Both the position numbers and the translations under genes were made by a program. A DNA stretch of 64,000 nucleotides. It comes from Squalus acanthias. Taxonomy: Eukaryota. The notes below the pieces were generated by a model that searched no databases, was not told the origin of the DNA, and was given only the letters and a program-made list of their open reading frames with translations. The first letter of the stretch is position 1; each line of letters begins with the position of its first letter. Shown piece after piece: positions 25,471 through 38,939 of this stretch. The stretch spans positions 25,544,001 through 25,608,000 of the forward strand of contig CM059435.1 in the NCBI GenBank assembly GCA_030390025.1, given 5' to 3'.

Positions 25471-27434
25471 TTTTGTGGTTTCAAGGTTCTTTGAAAATTG
25501 ACCTTTTTTTAAGCAATTCTATTATTTTCAAACAAATATGTGCTTGGCAGGTGGGTCATCCCTCCCACTCGCAGTTTTCCAGTGATGGTATCCATGATTA
25601 AATGCCAAAATAGTCCCCGATAAATATTTAAGTATTTTAATCCTAACCTTATCATCAGTAGAGGAAAATGCCTGAAGAGGTTCTAAAATTAATTCATCTC
25701 TCACATTTAGCTCTTTGTGCCTACCCAGTGAAAATATGTTTGCTCTGTAGATCATGAAGTGTAGCAAGCCAACAGACAACAAGCACGCTGTCCACAGCAA
25801 GCACCTACAGGTGCACATAGTGCCCAAGGAGAAGCGCTCCCTGTGCCTCAGTGCCAGAACAGCATTATTGGCCGCAATAAGGAATACAGCGGCATTCAGC
25901 CCTTTTCAAATAGCAATTTTCAAAGTGAGAGGTAAAACGTATTGACAGGGGTGCCCCAGCTTTTTGTCATTGAGAGCTACATAAGTGTCAACCATGGAGC
26001 CTCAGGAGCCACATTAAAAGTTCAAATCCATATTCCTGTCAATTTGCATAAGTGACTGACGCTAGCAGATCTTGGTGTTCTGATTTAGGATTTATGCACC
26101 AATAAGTGAACAGCTTTTTCTAAACCTCCAGGCTAATAATAAGTCAAACCAGTGAGTAAGAAAAATAATTACAATTAAGAACTGAATTTTCTGGAGTTTG
26201 GGGCTGGTCTTCTTCTCCTCGGAGGCTGCAGGTGGCCGCAGTTTGTATTAAGGCATTACATAGTATTACATAGTACTGACAGCACAGAAATGGACCATTC
26301 GGCCCAACAGGTCCTCTATATCCTTTTTATAATATGGAGACCAGAACTGTTCCACGTAAGTTTCGGGGCGATCCATTGATGTTCATCTACAGTAGGTGAC
26401 TTTCACCTGGATTACATTAATAATTCCCCAATTAAAGGACACAAGCCTACTATGTGAACGGTAATTTTACGAATTCACGCGCCTGATGAGGAGCTTTAAT
26501 GTTCTGAAGCGCATATCAAACATTTGGGTGTTTGCCACCCACAGATTTCCATCTATAATGGATAGAAAATCATGGGGATACACATCCGAATTCCCAATAA
26601 GCCACAGGTTTCCACTATCTATTCTATTTTAATGGGTATAGCAAGTATAATAATTTTAAAAAAGGGAATGTTATACAGGTTTTATTTTATGCTAGTTACT
26701 GTTTTCAGATGTATTTGCGAAGATAGATTTTATGAATTTGTGGTCCCGGTGCTGAGCTTTGCACACTGGGAGCACGTAACAGGAATTTGGGTACATCCGG
26801 AAAATTCTGCAGGGTATGCTGGCTTCTGTGCCCAAATTCCTGATATGCACTGCCAGCATACAAAGCTCGGCACTGGCACTGTGAATCTGTAGTCTACCCT
26901 ACTTTGTTTAATGGAGTGATACAGGTGGTGAGGCCGTGGTCTGTGTTATGGCCTACATGGTGATGTTTATTTTACTGTATTTCACTGTCACATAAATTAA
27001 GAATAAGAAGTGTCCTGAGCAAGAAAAAGCCACTCAATCTATTAAGCTTGCTTCATTGATAGTCCAAGTATGATTATTTGAGCATGAACTTCCCCTCCTC
27101 CCTTGCTTTGAGAAACATTAGATTCCTTCTGATACTTCCCTATTAGAATCTCTATAACACTCACAATTCTCCCTTTTCAAAATATATCAACTATCTTCTC
27201 TGGGAATCTGCTCTACCAGTCAACTATCTTGTGGAAGGGAGTTTTTTCCAATCTCTAGTTAATTACCCATGGAAATCATAAACCATTCTGAAAAAACTAC
27301 CACTTTGGACTCCACAGCTACTGTATAGACCTTGTTAATAATTATACAGCATTTTCCATACCGATCCTATTTTTGCCTTTTTTATTAGAACTAACTTTTA
27401 AGTCCAACAGTTTTCGTGCTCAACAAGGTGAGGA

Positions 27435-27845
27435 TGTTTGTGCTGGACAATGGAACTCTTCGCATCACAAACATCCAGTGTCAGCATCAAGCACTTTTAC
27501 ATCAGTTATATCACAGCCAGATGCAGAGTAAAGATCCTTGTACTCTGCCCCAACAGCATATTTCAGTCCCAGCCTCAAGGAGAACTCTTACTCTACCAGT
27601 ATTGACTTTTTTTCCCCCCAACTCCCATACTAGCCATCCTGTGGCCTCGCTGAGTGAGATTGCCAATGCATTTAAAATTCGGAGCAGTTTTGTGCCCAGT
27701 GGGACCTGAATTGAGACTGCCAAACTCATTTCACATAGTACCCTTACAGCCAGAAGACAGAGGAGACTTCCATCCCATTTTGGATTTGAAAACAGGTCCC
27801 AAAGGGGAAAGGTCAGTGTCTAACCCACTGAACCACCCAGTTCAA
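27435..27845 (-). mobile_element. LF-SINE-like element
   Basis: Reverse complement gives tatgtgaaatgagtttggcagtctcaattcaggtccc and ggggcagagtacaaggatctttactctgcatctggctgtg, matching 25085-25470. Confidence 0.65.
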
Positions 27846-28789
27846 TTCCCTTCTTAATTCCATAGAAATGTCATTGGTGGGGTTCTCAGGTCCCCCTCTG
27901 TCACTAAAAAGTGATTCATGTGAGAGAAAAAAAGTTGAATAATGAAATTTAACATTTGTGCTGAGAGAAAATTTAAACAAGTTTATAAAATCCTCACTAG
28001 ATTCTTAGCATTCATTGTATCTTTTGGTGTTTTGATAGCTCCAGCCATTAAAGACCCTCCTGGAATTCAAATGACTGTGCTTGTACTGTGCTGTAGAGTA
28101 TAATTGTATTTGCCATCTCAAATTAAATATTATTTACCATGACCTCAGTGATTTGAAAATTATTAGAGATTTATTTCAGTGTATTAAAATTACAGCTGAA
28201 CGTCTGCTGAGCACTGAACTCACACAAAAGAATAGTAAGGTTCATATTGCTTGTTTATGGCTGAGTGCACACAAATTTATTCAATAAGTTACTGTCTGTT
28301 TATAATCAGAAATAAGTTTCTGTTTCTCTGATAACCGCAGAACAGTGTTTTAATTTTGCTTTATCTAGCTGAAGTAATAATAAAAAAATTACAGCCATAA
28401 AATCCAGACGATTCTGTTAACTTTAGAGAGCAATGAACTGTCATGAAGATTGTTTTTGTTAGAAAACATTTTTTCGTTATTTCGAACCCAGCATTTACGG
28501 TACTCTAAAATAGATTTTAAATGCTGTGTAAATCAATGTACAGTCACTTTTTGTGATTGCTAAGCATTTGTTTGCTGTTCAGCTGGAATGTGACCAATGT
28601 TTCAAAAACTGCTATTCGATGTTAATGTTATTTCTTGGGCAATGTACAGTGTTATTAGAATGTGTTCATAAAGCTCAGTTTATTCGCATTTACTCTTATA
28701 TGCATTGATTTTTATGAACATGTTAAAGACACTGCTGGTGCTGTAGCTGTTCTATTTCCTTTTTACGAGTCTGTTCAAATAGACCATTG

Positions 28790-29040
28790 TGAAGAGTAAA
28801 TAAATTACGCACTGCTTTGTTGGCTTTTTGCAGCAGCAGGCACAGTTCCAAGCAGCTGCTTTATTATAGATGCAGACCCAGCTGAACACAAAACAGGCAG
28901 CAGGCCGCACACTTCAAGGTCAAAGGTTTACAAACTGATGGCCTCATGCATCACTGAAAAGTTTTTGTTAGCTATACACCTACATGTCTCCTGCATGAGT
29001 TTTGCTTGTCTGTCAGCAGCTCAGGCTCGACAGCTGAAAT
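28790..29040. promoter_or_regulatory. Candidate proneural enhancer (E-box cluster)
   Basis: GCAGCTGC 28852-28859, CAGCTG 28879 and 29031, DR1-like AGGTCAAAGGTTT 28917-28929 in TE-free sequence; motifs only. Confidence 0.3.
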
Positions 29041-29579
29041 TCTTGGGGTGGGGGTGGGGGGCAAGTAAAGATAAAGAAAGAATAATCATGACCCCCCCAA
29101 AAGAAGTTTGTGTGTTTGTTCACATTTTCCAAACCTACGTATTCACTTGTGATAGTTACTGCTAGTGAAAACAAAGGCCCTTCATGTGGAATTTGATAGC
29201 TGACCCTGGTTCACTTTTAGTGCAATGTGGCATTTGATACCAGCATGACAAAGCATTCTATAGCACTGTACTGCACACAGTTTAAGTGTGTGTTTGCGGC
29301 GTGTTTTTCTAAACTAAAGGTTTACATCAGAAAAATAACTAAATGAATGCTTTTAAAATTCTGCACCTTTTAATATAGATCCACTTTTCTAACAATTCAC
29401 CTTACAAAATAATATTTGCTCAGAAATTGTCTGGAACTTTTTAGAACTTTATGTCAGTGTAGTGGGAAAACAATGTTGGATACCTAAGACAGACATTGTG
29501 AATATTTACATGTGAGTTGACGTTTACAATTATTGCAAAATATAAGCTTTCTATTTAAAAGAGTGATAGTGAACATAAC

Positions 29580-29775
29580 AGCCTGGAAATTATTGTGAGT
29601 GATGTCAATGTACAAACATTTAATATCTAATCCATGTCCTTGCTATTTTAACGGAGCATGGTAACCCATTTAAAATAAGCAGATTAACCCATCCCTTAAA
29701 ATAGCGGAGAGCGAAATTTGATATGAGCACGTTAAGCGTTCGTAGAATAATATCACCCACAAGGGGTAATCTTAC
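29580..29775. mobile_element. Ancient palindromic MITE (family copy)
   Basis: gctattttaa / ttaaaatagc arms around a taacccattt core; similar to 31210-31365. Confidence 0.55.
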
Positions 29776-30697
29776 AAGTCTGAGCTGCTGGCAGGCAGTC
29801 TCATCTGATGGCAGCATAGACTCATAAAGTTACCCCTACAGTGTCAAGCAAAATGGTGAAACAAATCATCTGTTGATAAAAAGTAATTAGTAGTGAATAG
29901 ACTTCTAACAAAATCATTGGTTCCAGTGCAAGCTGCAATAGAACTTTATCCAATTTTTATCACCTGCAAAAAATATTTCTTACTTAATGTGGCAACTAAG
30001 TCTGTTACAATAAAGCCACGGGACTTAATTTGGCAGTTAATCTACAACAATTTTCAGCTAAAAGAGAACCAGGCCCAACCTGACTACAGTGCTCAATAAT
30101 ACATGGCTGTCTTCATATTATTGTTCTCACTTACTAAAGTAGTGGTTAGGACAAAAACTATAAGATACAAGCCTTGCTTTCAATGGAGATAATAAACCAG
30201 GAGGTTAAACTAACAAACTTAGTATGATGTAGGGGGAAAAATCCATGAATTGAATTGTAAACAATACCAAAAGCAGGTGCTGTCCCAAATTTGTTCCAGA
30301 TGGAATTATTTGTTTTGTAGCAAAGTTTTTGAAACTTCTTTGTGTAAGTTAAGACTTTATTGTCCAGGCTAAATGAAGGCCACCCCAGGCAAGGTTTGCT
30401 GTAACAGGTGTTTTGCAAGACCACTTACACCTAATACTTTGATGTGATTGGTGGATTACAGAAGTCACCTGCAGAACAGGATAAACAGAAAAAATGGGAG
30501 AATTTGAGTGTTTCAAGAAGCTGTTTACAGTGTCTACTCTATGCTTTAGAGTAAATCAAAGGAGACTAAGTACTTTTTAAAAGTACTGCTCCTACTTCGA
30601 ACTTTTGTTGAGTTTCATGTAATCTTAGAGCCTCTTTCTCTTTTTTGCTAATGTAAACTTTTGAACATTAGTAGAAGTTGTAAATTGCACACTTTAT

Positions 30698-30927
30698 GTT
30701 GCAGTTGCACTCGGACCATGAAAATACTTCGTGGGATACTAGTAACCAAAGGAGTAACGCAGTCATCTGAAATTTTTCTCTCCACTATTTTAGCATTAAC
30801 CCATTTATTTTAAATGGGTAACGCCCTCACTAAAATATTGGAAAGAAGAATTTCAGAAGAATGAGTTACTTATTTGGATGCTAGTATCCCATAGAGTAAC
30901 TTCGGATTCAAGGATCTGAACAACACA
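30698..30927. mobile_element. Ancient palindromic MITE
   Basis: tgggatactag..gtaac..tctgaaatt arm pairs with aatttcaga..gttac..ctagtatccca; core acccattt-attt-aaatgggt. Confidence 0.7.
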
Positions 30928-31207
30928 CACGTCAGTATAATTTCTCAAAAAATAATTTTATTCACCCAACATTTAAGCTGTAATTTAGAACCTTTTTTTG
31001 CCTTAATAGTTCCAAAACCATCAATCAGGTAAGTGTGGAATTTATTTTGGTGAATGTTGTTTGTAGAGTTCAAAACAAATCGTAATTACTGGCAGAAGAA
31101 AAAGTCTGTAAGCATTACGAGATTTAGATTTAGTGTCAGGGTGAAAACAGAATTTTGTGAATGAGGTGTGGGTACAAACAAATTTATTCACAGGAACCAC
31201 TAAACAT

Positions 31208-31364
31208 GTAGGGTGAAAGTACTGTCAGTGATGTTATCGTACAAACATTTAATTCACTTGAACCAAATTTTTCTCTTTGCCTCTGTTAAAATAACAGAGA
31301 GAAATTTGGTATAAGCGCATTAAACATTTGTTTGATTACATCACTGAGAGTAATTTCTATCCTA
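31208..31364. mobile_element. Ancient palindromic MITE
   Basis: tagggtgaaagtactgtcagtgatgt..accaaattt pairs with aaatttggt..acatcactgagagtaatttctatccta. Confidence 0.7.
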
Positions 31365-32949
31365 TAATTTAATATATATAATGTATGGAATGAAGGGAGG
31401 AACAGCTTTGGTTTAGGGTTCAGGTCCTGTCATTTGTTAACTGTTGATATTTAGCAGTAAGTCTAGAAAATTGGGTCTGGGGATGGGGAAATTATAATGA
31501 ATTGGGAGAAAGTGATTAAGTTAACCAATCATTGATATTGTCATCAGAAATGAACACCAGCAAACTTCCCAAGTTAGGGTAAAGGCTCACATGCAATCTC
31601 ACAGAGACCTGTTGCAGCAACATTGCTCGTCCCTAAACTCAACTATACTGAAGCTGAACCTTTGATCCCACTAAAGAGCTTGTAGACCAGCTTACCAGAA
31701 CCAACCACGGGGTGTGAGCTGGTATCTGCAGAACCTCCATCTTAGTTATGGTGGAACCAGTCCTATTTGTCTCGGTCCATCTATATACCTGCTTAATCCA
31801 ATATCCGTTGTGTTGGGAGATGGGAGAGGAAGGTCCATGCTCCAAAGGCTCTGAGTCAGATTTAGAAGAGCACAAGGATTAAGCTGTTGGTCATCAGATG
31901 AAGAAGATACTGGTCAACCCCAATTTGGAGCATGATTTTAATGTGGTTTGCCTCTATTATCTTGATTGCCTTCTGCTGGAAATTCTTACAAAGGCAAGAT
32001 TTTACTGGGCTCTAAATGTGACTATTTTGTTGAAAAAATGTAAAAGGTTTAACAACTGCTATCTAAAATGCATAAATTAGAAAGAGCCTTGAAAGACCAT
32101 CTCCACTGTCTGTTTATCATTGCAAGTCCAAGGTGAGAGTGCTCCAATATGAACTTCGAATTTTTCAACCACTCTGCTAAAATAAATGGTGCAGTAGACA
32201 CAGCCCTATTTCTCATGACAAATATCCTGTATAACTGAATTGATTAGAGATCGATCAGCAAAGCCATCCTCTCTGTTCAGGACCACAGGCATAACTTTTA
32301 ACATTAAGCCACAATAATGGAGCTTTCATAGTATGCCAAAAAGCTGTTTTCTATCCATATTGAGAAAAGTACCCAGTATAAGCAGAATTGACAAACATGA
32401 TTTAGGGAGAGTACTGTACATGTACCTCTTTTCTACCAAGAGACATTTTTTGTTCCAAAACTATTCTCACCCCAAGGTAGCTTTACTATATTACCATGTC
32501 AGAAAGCTATTCCAAAAGACACTGTTAAGTAATCTGCTGCTACTCAGAGTAAGGCAGTGCTGTAGACCTTCTGTAGCTCTGAGAAACCTGACTAAGATCC
32601 TCAAAAAGAACTGGTCATGCTACCTATCATTATCCAGGCATTTGGTTGGTGCTATCATCTGAAGAAAAATGTCTGCTTCTGTATCCCCATCAGGGAGACT
32701 GCATATGCTAAATAAATAGTCATCAAGGCGAGACTTTGGATGTTTCTAAAGTTACAGGTGACAAACACATTTATCAATACCAAATGCTGCTTTTCGGTCA
32801 AACTTCAATCCTCAGTCAGTGTCTTTACAAATATCACTGATAATCCCACACTTGTTCCTAAGGGTACAGTTCACCTTCGGCCAGTCTCAGCCTACTGAGC
32901 AACGGGCCTTATAATGAACCTAGAGAGGTCCCAAACTAAATCCACAAGG

Positions 32950-33002
32950 ATATGGGCCGAATGGCCTCCTTCTGCACTGTACTATTCTATGATTCTATGA
33001 TT
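32950..33002 (+). mobile_element. CR1/HE1-type 3' tail fragment
   Basis: atgggccgaatggcctccttctgcactgt followed by (attctatg)n. Confidence 0.65.
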
Positions 33003-33599
33003 TTAGTTTTGTACAGGCCAGGTTCCAGGCTCTCCCAATGTATCTTGACTGGTTCAGTGACTTTTTCTCAACAGAAGCTTGTCAGTAGAGGGAAGACAGA
33101 GCCAATGTGCTGACAGGTGTCAAAGTAAAAGAAAACCATGTGGGTTCTTGTCTCATGACTGTCCCATTAGCGCTTAAAAATGGAGAAGTAGAAGCAATTA
33201 GAAGCACCGATATACTACTGAATTGACGTCCATTCTGATTTGGCAAACTTGTATCCAGGTAACCAGAACTCCCACCTGAAATGGGTCCAATTATGTCCTT
33301 TAGACCTTGATGCCATTTTTGTCTCTTCCCGTGTTACTTCCTGCTTTAGCACACCAACCATGGGCAGTACAAGCCAGGCGGCAGTCATTTCCAGCCATAT
33401 TTAACGGGATACTTGGCTGCTCTCAGGTAAAGCTGTACAGGATTTGGGAGACATTTCCTTGAATTCGTTTTTTTTTTGCACCTTAAACAATTTTAAAGGG
33501 CTTGTAGCTGCTGCCGGGTATTCTGTAAAGGGGCTTCTGGCATTGTATTTCTTTCTTCATGGGAATCCTTCTAGGAATCCCACTCTAGGAAGAGCAGGA

Positions 33600-34603
33600 G
33601 GAAGGAGCAAACAGAGCTGCAGCTGGAGAGAGCAAATTGAAGAAGGTGTGCTCTCGGGAACTTTTACCCTCCCAACAGAGTTTATAGGCCCAGGACAACA
33701 TACCTGCAGTTCTCTGAAAAGCAGTGCATCGGGAAGCTGCGCTTCTTTAGGGAGGCTGTCACAGAGTTGTGTCACCTCCTGCAACACGACCTGTAACCAG
33801 CTGCCACAGCTAGCACAGCATTGTCTGTTGCAGTCAAGGTCACTACAACCCTGAACTTCTTTGCCTCTGGCTTCTTCCAGGCTGCCATAGGAAATATTAG
33901 TAACATCAGTCAGTCTGCAGTCCATGCTTGTATTAAGCATTTGACTGATGCTTTGTTTGCTAGAGCAAGCATATTCATCACTTTCCTCCTGGATATCCAG
34001 AAGCTGCAGGATAGCATGCTGGGATTTGCACAGATTGCAGGATTTCCCCAAGTCCAGGGCATCATCGACTGCACCCATGTCACCCTGCTCTCTCCTTCAT
34101 ACGGCCCAACTACCTTCATGAATCGTAAGGGCTTCCACGCCATTAATGTGCAACTGGTGAGTGATCACCAGCAATGCATCATGCTTTCCTGGCAGCTGCC
34201 ATGATCCTTAGATATTGCATAAATCCTCCATCCCCCTACTTTTAACCCCTGCACAACAAGTGAGAGGCTGAATGTTTGGAACAAGGGCTATCCCCTGCAC
34301 ACTTAGCTCATGACTCCTCTTAGGAATCCATGCTCAGCTGCAGAACTGTGTACAATCAGATCCATTGGTCAAACAACAGTTCAGATCCTTGGACAAGTCT
34401 GGTGGCTTCCTGCAGTACAGCCCAGAAACAGTGTCCCAAGTGATCGTGATCTGCTGTATGCTGTACAACTTTGCTCTGCAACGGTGATGACACATGGAAC
34501 CACCATTGGAGGAGGACCTTCAGTGTGACGAGGAAGAGGGCACCGGTGACATAGAGAATGGCGAGGAAGTAGGAGCCAGAGCTTTTTGGCAGCAGCTCAT
34601 TTA
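33600..34603 (+). pseudogene. Harbinger DDE transposase (HARBI1-like), frameshifted
   Basis: SVAVKVTTTLNFFASG.FQ..ISQSAVH..AGFPQVQGIIDCTHV..FMNRKGFHAINVQLVSD, then GYPL...LMTPLRNP. Confidence 0.9.
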
Positions 34604-36301
34604 AGAGCACTTCAGCTGAACAATCCCATCTCCCCTGCATTTACAGTCATCCAACATATCTCCCAGTCCTTCCAACCTCAAATAAACTGCATTCACCCAA
34701 AGACCAGCATTGGTATTCCTGTCAACTAACATTGCAGGGTCACCAGCTACTACAGGAACACTCTCTGCACACACAAAAAATTCAAAAAGCATTATGATTT
34801 TATTGGCTTACAGAAATGCCTATAAAATAATTATCATCCTGGTGTGAGTCCCCAGTGCATGTCATAAGTGCTCTCTTACCTACTGTAGTGCTTGCATGAG
34901 GTGTTCCCCTCATGGCTGTAATGTGGGTGTTGGGAGGGCGCTGTGGCACATTCAAGGGCTCATGAGATGCTCATAGTCAGGATCTCTAGGAGCTCAGGCC
35001 TGAGAGGGCTTGGCGTCAGACTGCAGCAACTCAGTGTCTGCCAGGGTAGTCCGGCCCATCCAGCTTTCTACCACCAGGGCAGGCATTGGTACAGTGGTGT
35101 ACAGGATCTAGAAGTGTTTTTGTCATGACAGATGATATCATGTTCTATTCCCATTGGAGAACTGCCCATGTTACTGAGCTACAGACCTAGAAATCATTGA
35201 TTGGTGGGAGAGTAGACTCTAGGAGAGCCTTGATCGAAATGAAGCCCATATCCATTCAGTCCCCCAGCCTTTCCAAGGCAGAGGATATGCTGAGTCGAGA
35301 GCCTGCATAGCCCTGGTATAAGCAAGCCTGAGAGATGCTATTAGTGGTGTTACAGACTCCTGTGAGGGGAGCTTAGTTCCAGCATCTATTGAGGTGACTG
35401 CAAGCTGCACGGTTGACTGCAGAATGTTAATGCCATGCACAAGAAACCCACACAAGTTGGTAAAGGACTCAGCCATGCTCTTCAAACTGTTTCTGAAGCT
35501 TCCTGGCAGACAGCCCAATGCAGTCAGCAATCGCTGGTGCACTGAAACCATCTTTCTTTTAAAGGCTGGGTCCCTGAAGTCTGCAATCTATGTCCTCTTC
35601 AGCAGAGCTAGGAGATGAGCTGGCCCTGGGCCGTTCTTGATACCGCCACCTGCTCCTACTCACTTGTGCTTGTTGAATCCCACAGTGCAGACCCTTCTAA
35701 CTCACTAAGGCACGCCAGTAATAACATCTCTCAGTGATGTTCATACTGACTCCATGCGGGCTCTGAGCTCAACTATCTCCTCTGCTTTCGAGAGGCCGGG
35801 ACACCAAATGATTAAGGGCTTCAGTCTGCCCAGATGTCCTAAAGTCTGCTGGTTGGCTTCCTCCAATTGCGTGCCAACTTGTCCTGCAAGAATGGAAGTG
35901 GGTTAATATGTGTTCTAGGCAAGGTCTTTTAACACGCAGCTTAATATAGTGTGCATGATGACTGGAAGAAGCAGCAAATGAGGCCAAGGGGGAGAGATTG
36001 TTGTGAGAGAAGTAGGGAGTTACTTCTCAAGCAGACAGGAGGTGCAATTAAGTCTTTCCTGTTGACGTATGGAGAGTCATGGCAAGGAGCGAAACAAAGT
36101 ATTAATAGTGCTGAGACAAGTGTATGGTCCTGCAGGGCTGTAGAGAGCACGAGAGATGTGAAGGGGTATCTTACATTGGTGGTCCTGATCAGATCATTAC
36201 ATTTCTTTCTACCCTGCAGCCAGGTCCTGGAGACAATGTGAATGGGCATGGACGCTTTGTGCCACCTCTCTACATGCCCATTCACTAATTTCCTTGGTAC
36301 C

Positions 36302-36538
36302 TGATGTAAGAAAACTACTAGGCACTTGGTCTAAGCGTTAAGCAAAGCTTTAATCAACTGTTTTACAACATGGAGGTCTAGTTGTGTCCTTTCTTAGTTC
36401 CTGTTAAGAATGTCCTGCGCAAGCTGGGCCCGTGCCCGAGTATTTATACTCTCCCTGGACAGCGCCACCCGCAGACCACTCAGTATTATTTCATAAGTCT
36501 TTCTTTCATGAATGACAGATTCATGTCAGTACCCATCA
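36302..36538 (-). mobile_element. Probable solo LTR inserted in the Harbinger Myb ORF
   Basis: TGATG..CATCA termini; minus-strand TATAAATA upstream of ATTAAA; ACC on both flanks (only 3 bp); splits the Myb coding sequence. Confidence 0.5.
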
Positions 36539-36639
36539 ACCATCCGTGGGGATGATAATGACTTGCTCTATCAGCATCTCCACTGCTGCATTGGAAAACC
36601 TCAGGACCCTGTTGGAACTCTTCCCTGCTGCTCCACAGC

Positions 36640-36995
36640 CTTGCTTATCTCTGGTCTCGATTTTAAAATTCTCACCCTTGTTTTCAAATCCCTCCACGGC
36701 CTCGCCATTCTTTATCTCTATAACATCCTCTAGCCCTACAACCCTCCAAGTTCTCTGCGCTCCTCCAGTTCTGGCCTCTTGCGCAGCCCTGATTTTAATC
36801 ACTCCACCATTGGCAGCCGTGCTTTCAGCTGCCTTGGTCCTAAGCTCTGGAATTCCCTCCCTAAGCCTCTTTGCCTCTCTACCTCTCTCTCCTTCTTTAA
36901 GACGCTCCTTAAAACCTTCCTCTTTGACCAAGTTTTTGATACTCTGTCATAATATCTCCTTATGTGGCTCGGCGTTTGATAACGCTCCTGTGAAG
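36640..36995 (+). mobile_element. L2-type LINE 3' fragment
   Basis: Closely similar to 20716-21024; includes ttttaaaattctcacccttgttttcaaatccctccacggcc (FKILTLVFKSLHGLA). Confidence 0.8.
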
Positions 36996-37784
36996 CTTAC
37001 GCCCTGCCCACCCAATTACCACATGCACACGAAAATATCCTCCAAATTCCTTAGGACTCATAGGAGATGCCTCTCTTTCCGGTTGGGAAGAACACCTAAA
37101 GATAGAATACATGGTGCCATTGAGGATTGCGGTGCCATATCAATAAATTCTTGGTTATGAAGTTATTCTAGATTACAACAGGTGGCAGGGAGAGGGCCAT
37201 TGGCAAAATGAAAGATCATTCTGTAAGAATAGTCGCCGATATGCAAGGTATGTTGAAGCATTTTGCATTAGAGCACATGTGAAGTAATCACATTGCAACA
37301 AAACGTTACTACAGTATCTGGATCTGGTTGCAGAGGAGTCTTGATTTAAGGCAGAACTTTAATGGCTTCAGCCTTCAGTCCTGAACAGACAAGCCCTTCT
37401 TCTCTTGAAGTGATATTGCTTTAGGACAATTACCCATAGCATTTGGAAAAAAAAGTTAACTGAATCACTTTTAGCGCTGGTGGCCTTTATTCTTAAGGCA
37501 TGTAGTGAATTTCCGATCCTCCCTTCTTCATTCCAGAAATTACTGGTGACAATATTAACAGACAAACATTTAACATATTCACATAACATTTCTCTGTCTG
37601 TTATTTTAACTCAGAAGTTAACCTATTTATTTGAAATGAGTTGACGCCTCTGCTAAAATATTGGATAGAGGGAGTGTTTGTTAGTATCACCAACAGACAT
37701 TTGGCGGTTTGGAGATTTGACAATTATTCTATACGTGTATTTTTTATTTTGTTTCCTATATTAGTGTAAGCTTTTGAAATCCAG

Positions 37785-37971
37785 GGGGTGAAATTGATCA
37801 ACGCCAGTAATGCAAAACAGGTTAATCGTGAATCTGCTGCCCGTTTTACACCAGGCCCAATTTTCATTAACCATTGACTTCAATGGAAAAGAAACTCAGG
37901 CACGGTGTAAAATGGGCTGCTGAGCCGCTATCAGCCCATTTTGTGCTACTGGCGTTGGACAATTTCACCCC
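37785..37971. mobile_element. Short palindromic Harbinger-type MITE
   Basis: Perfect TIR GGGGTGAAATTG; central ccattgacttcaatgg; internal arms gcccgttttacacc / ggtgtaaaatgggc. Confidence 0.85.
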
Positions 37972-38939
37972 ACCCCCCAGTATATGTTTAAAAAGGTTTA
38001 ATGTTGCCCGTCATTGTCTTGAACCATGTACTGCTGTGTTTATTCCTAGATTAAAAAGTGCAATTTCTGGCTTACCAGCTAGCTTTATGTTACCGAGCCT
38101 CTTCTAGTCTAAAAGACCTGAAGGTGACAATGTGGGTTGGAGTGTCTTATGAAGTGTGCAGGAAGGGAAATCAAATGGCACAAGACATGCTGGGGGTGAT
38201 TTTCCAAGTACACCCTGGCAGAGGGAGCACCTCATTCACTACCACCGCGTACTCAGAAAATAGCCTCCTTGCTGTGTTTTCCTGTGCGATTATGTAACTT
38301 AAATATTATACATACAGGGTAACGTCATTGAAAAATTAAGTCTTCTACATCTGAAGGTGCGTATTCTGCCTTTTCTGTGCATTGCCGTACCATCATTACC
38401 AAGAATAAAATTCAGATACTAATATTGTTGAGAACGCTTTGCAATTTATATGTGGAACATTTTATATTGATTAAATTTTCATAACTTAATCTATTTAAGA
38501 ACAATGCTTGTGCAACAGAAATATTTAGTAATGATCTGAACACAGAGCTATCTCTTCATTGAACTCCTTAGAATTAGCTATTTATGTGTATATGCATGTA
38601 TCACACCTGCTTTAGAATATTCAATTTTCCTACTCAAAACTACTTTTGTTTCTGCACTACATTCTTCACAAAGCTGCAGTATTTTTCTAAGAACTTACTT
38701 TTTCTAAGGTTTCCACTGTGAACTCGGACCAGCCCTTACAATCAGCACTGCCAACCAGAACCCCTTCTGGGTCTGGGTGACTCACTTCCAAATTGCTACC
38801 TCCCTTCATCCAATTCTAATAATTGAGGCAAAAAGTGGGCAGAACTTTCAACTGGGGTGTAAAACAGGCAATATTGGATCGAGCTCCCATTATACACCCC
38901 AACCAAATTTTCCTTAAAGGAAGTTTAAAGCACAAGTAA

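Larger units (their letters stand above)
33200..37045. mobile_element. Decayed two-ORF Harbinger element (nuclease on +, Myb-like ORF on -) with nested insertions
   Basis: Convergent Myb fragments RVLRFSNAAVEMLIEQV (~36540-36615) and RTWLQGRKKCNDLIR (~36180-36240); outer ends approximate. Confidence 0.7.

Noticed and set aside
25775-25860. RE1 site
   Set aside because: Only a CGCTGTCC half-site, without a correctly spaced GTGCTGA half
33821-34204. Domesticated HARBI1 gene
   Set aside because: Multiple frameshifts and stops, with an adjacent decayed Myb ORF, indicate a dead transposon
36546-37160. 204-aa hydrophobic ORF
   Set aside because: It spans Harbinger antisense sequence and an L2 3' fragment, so it is a chance open frame
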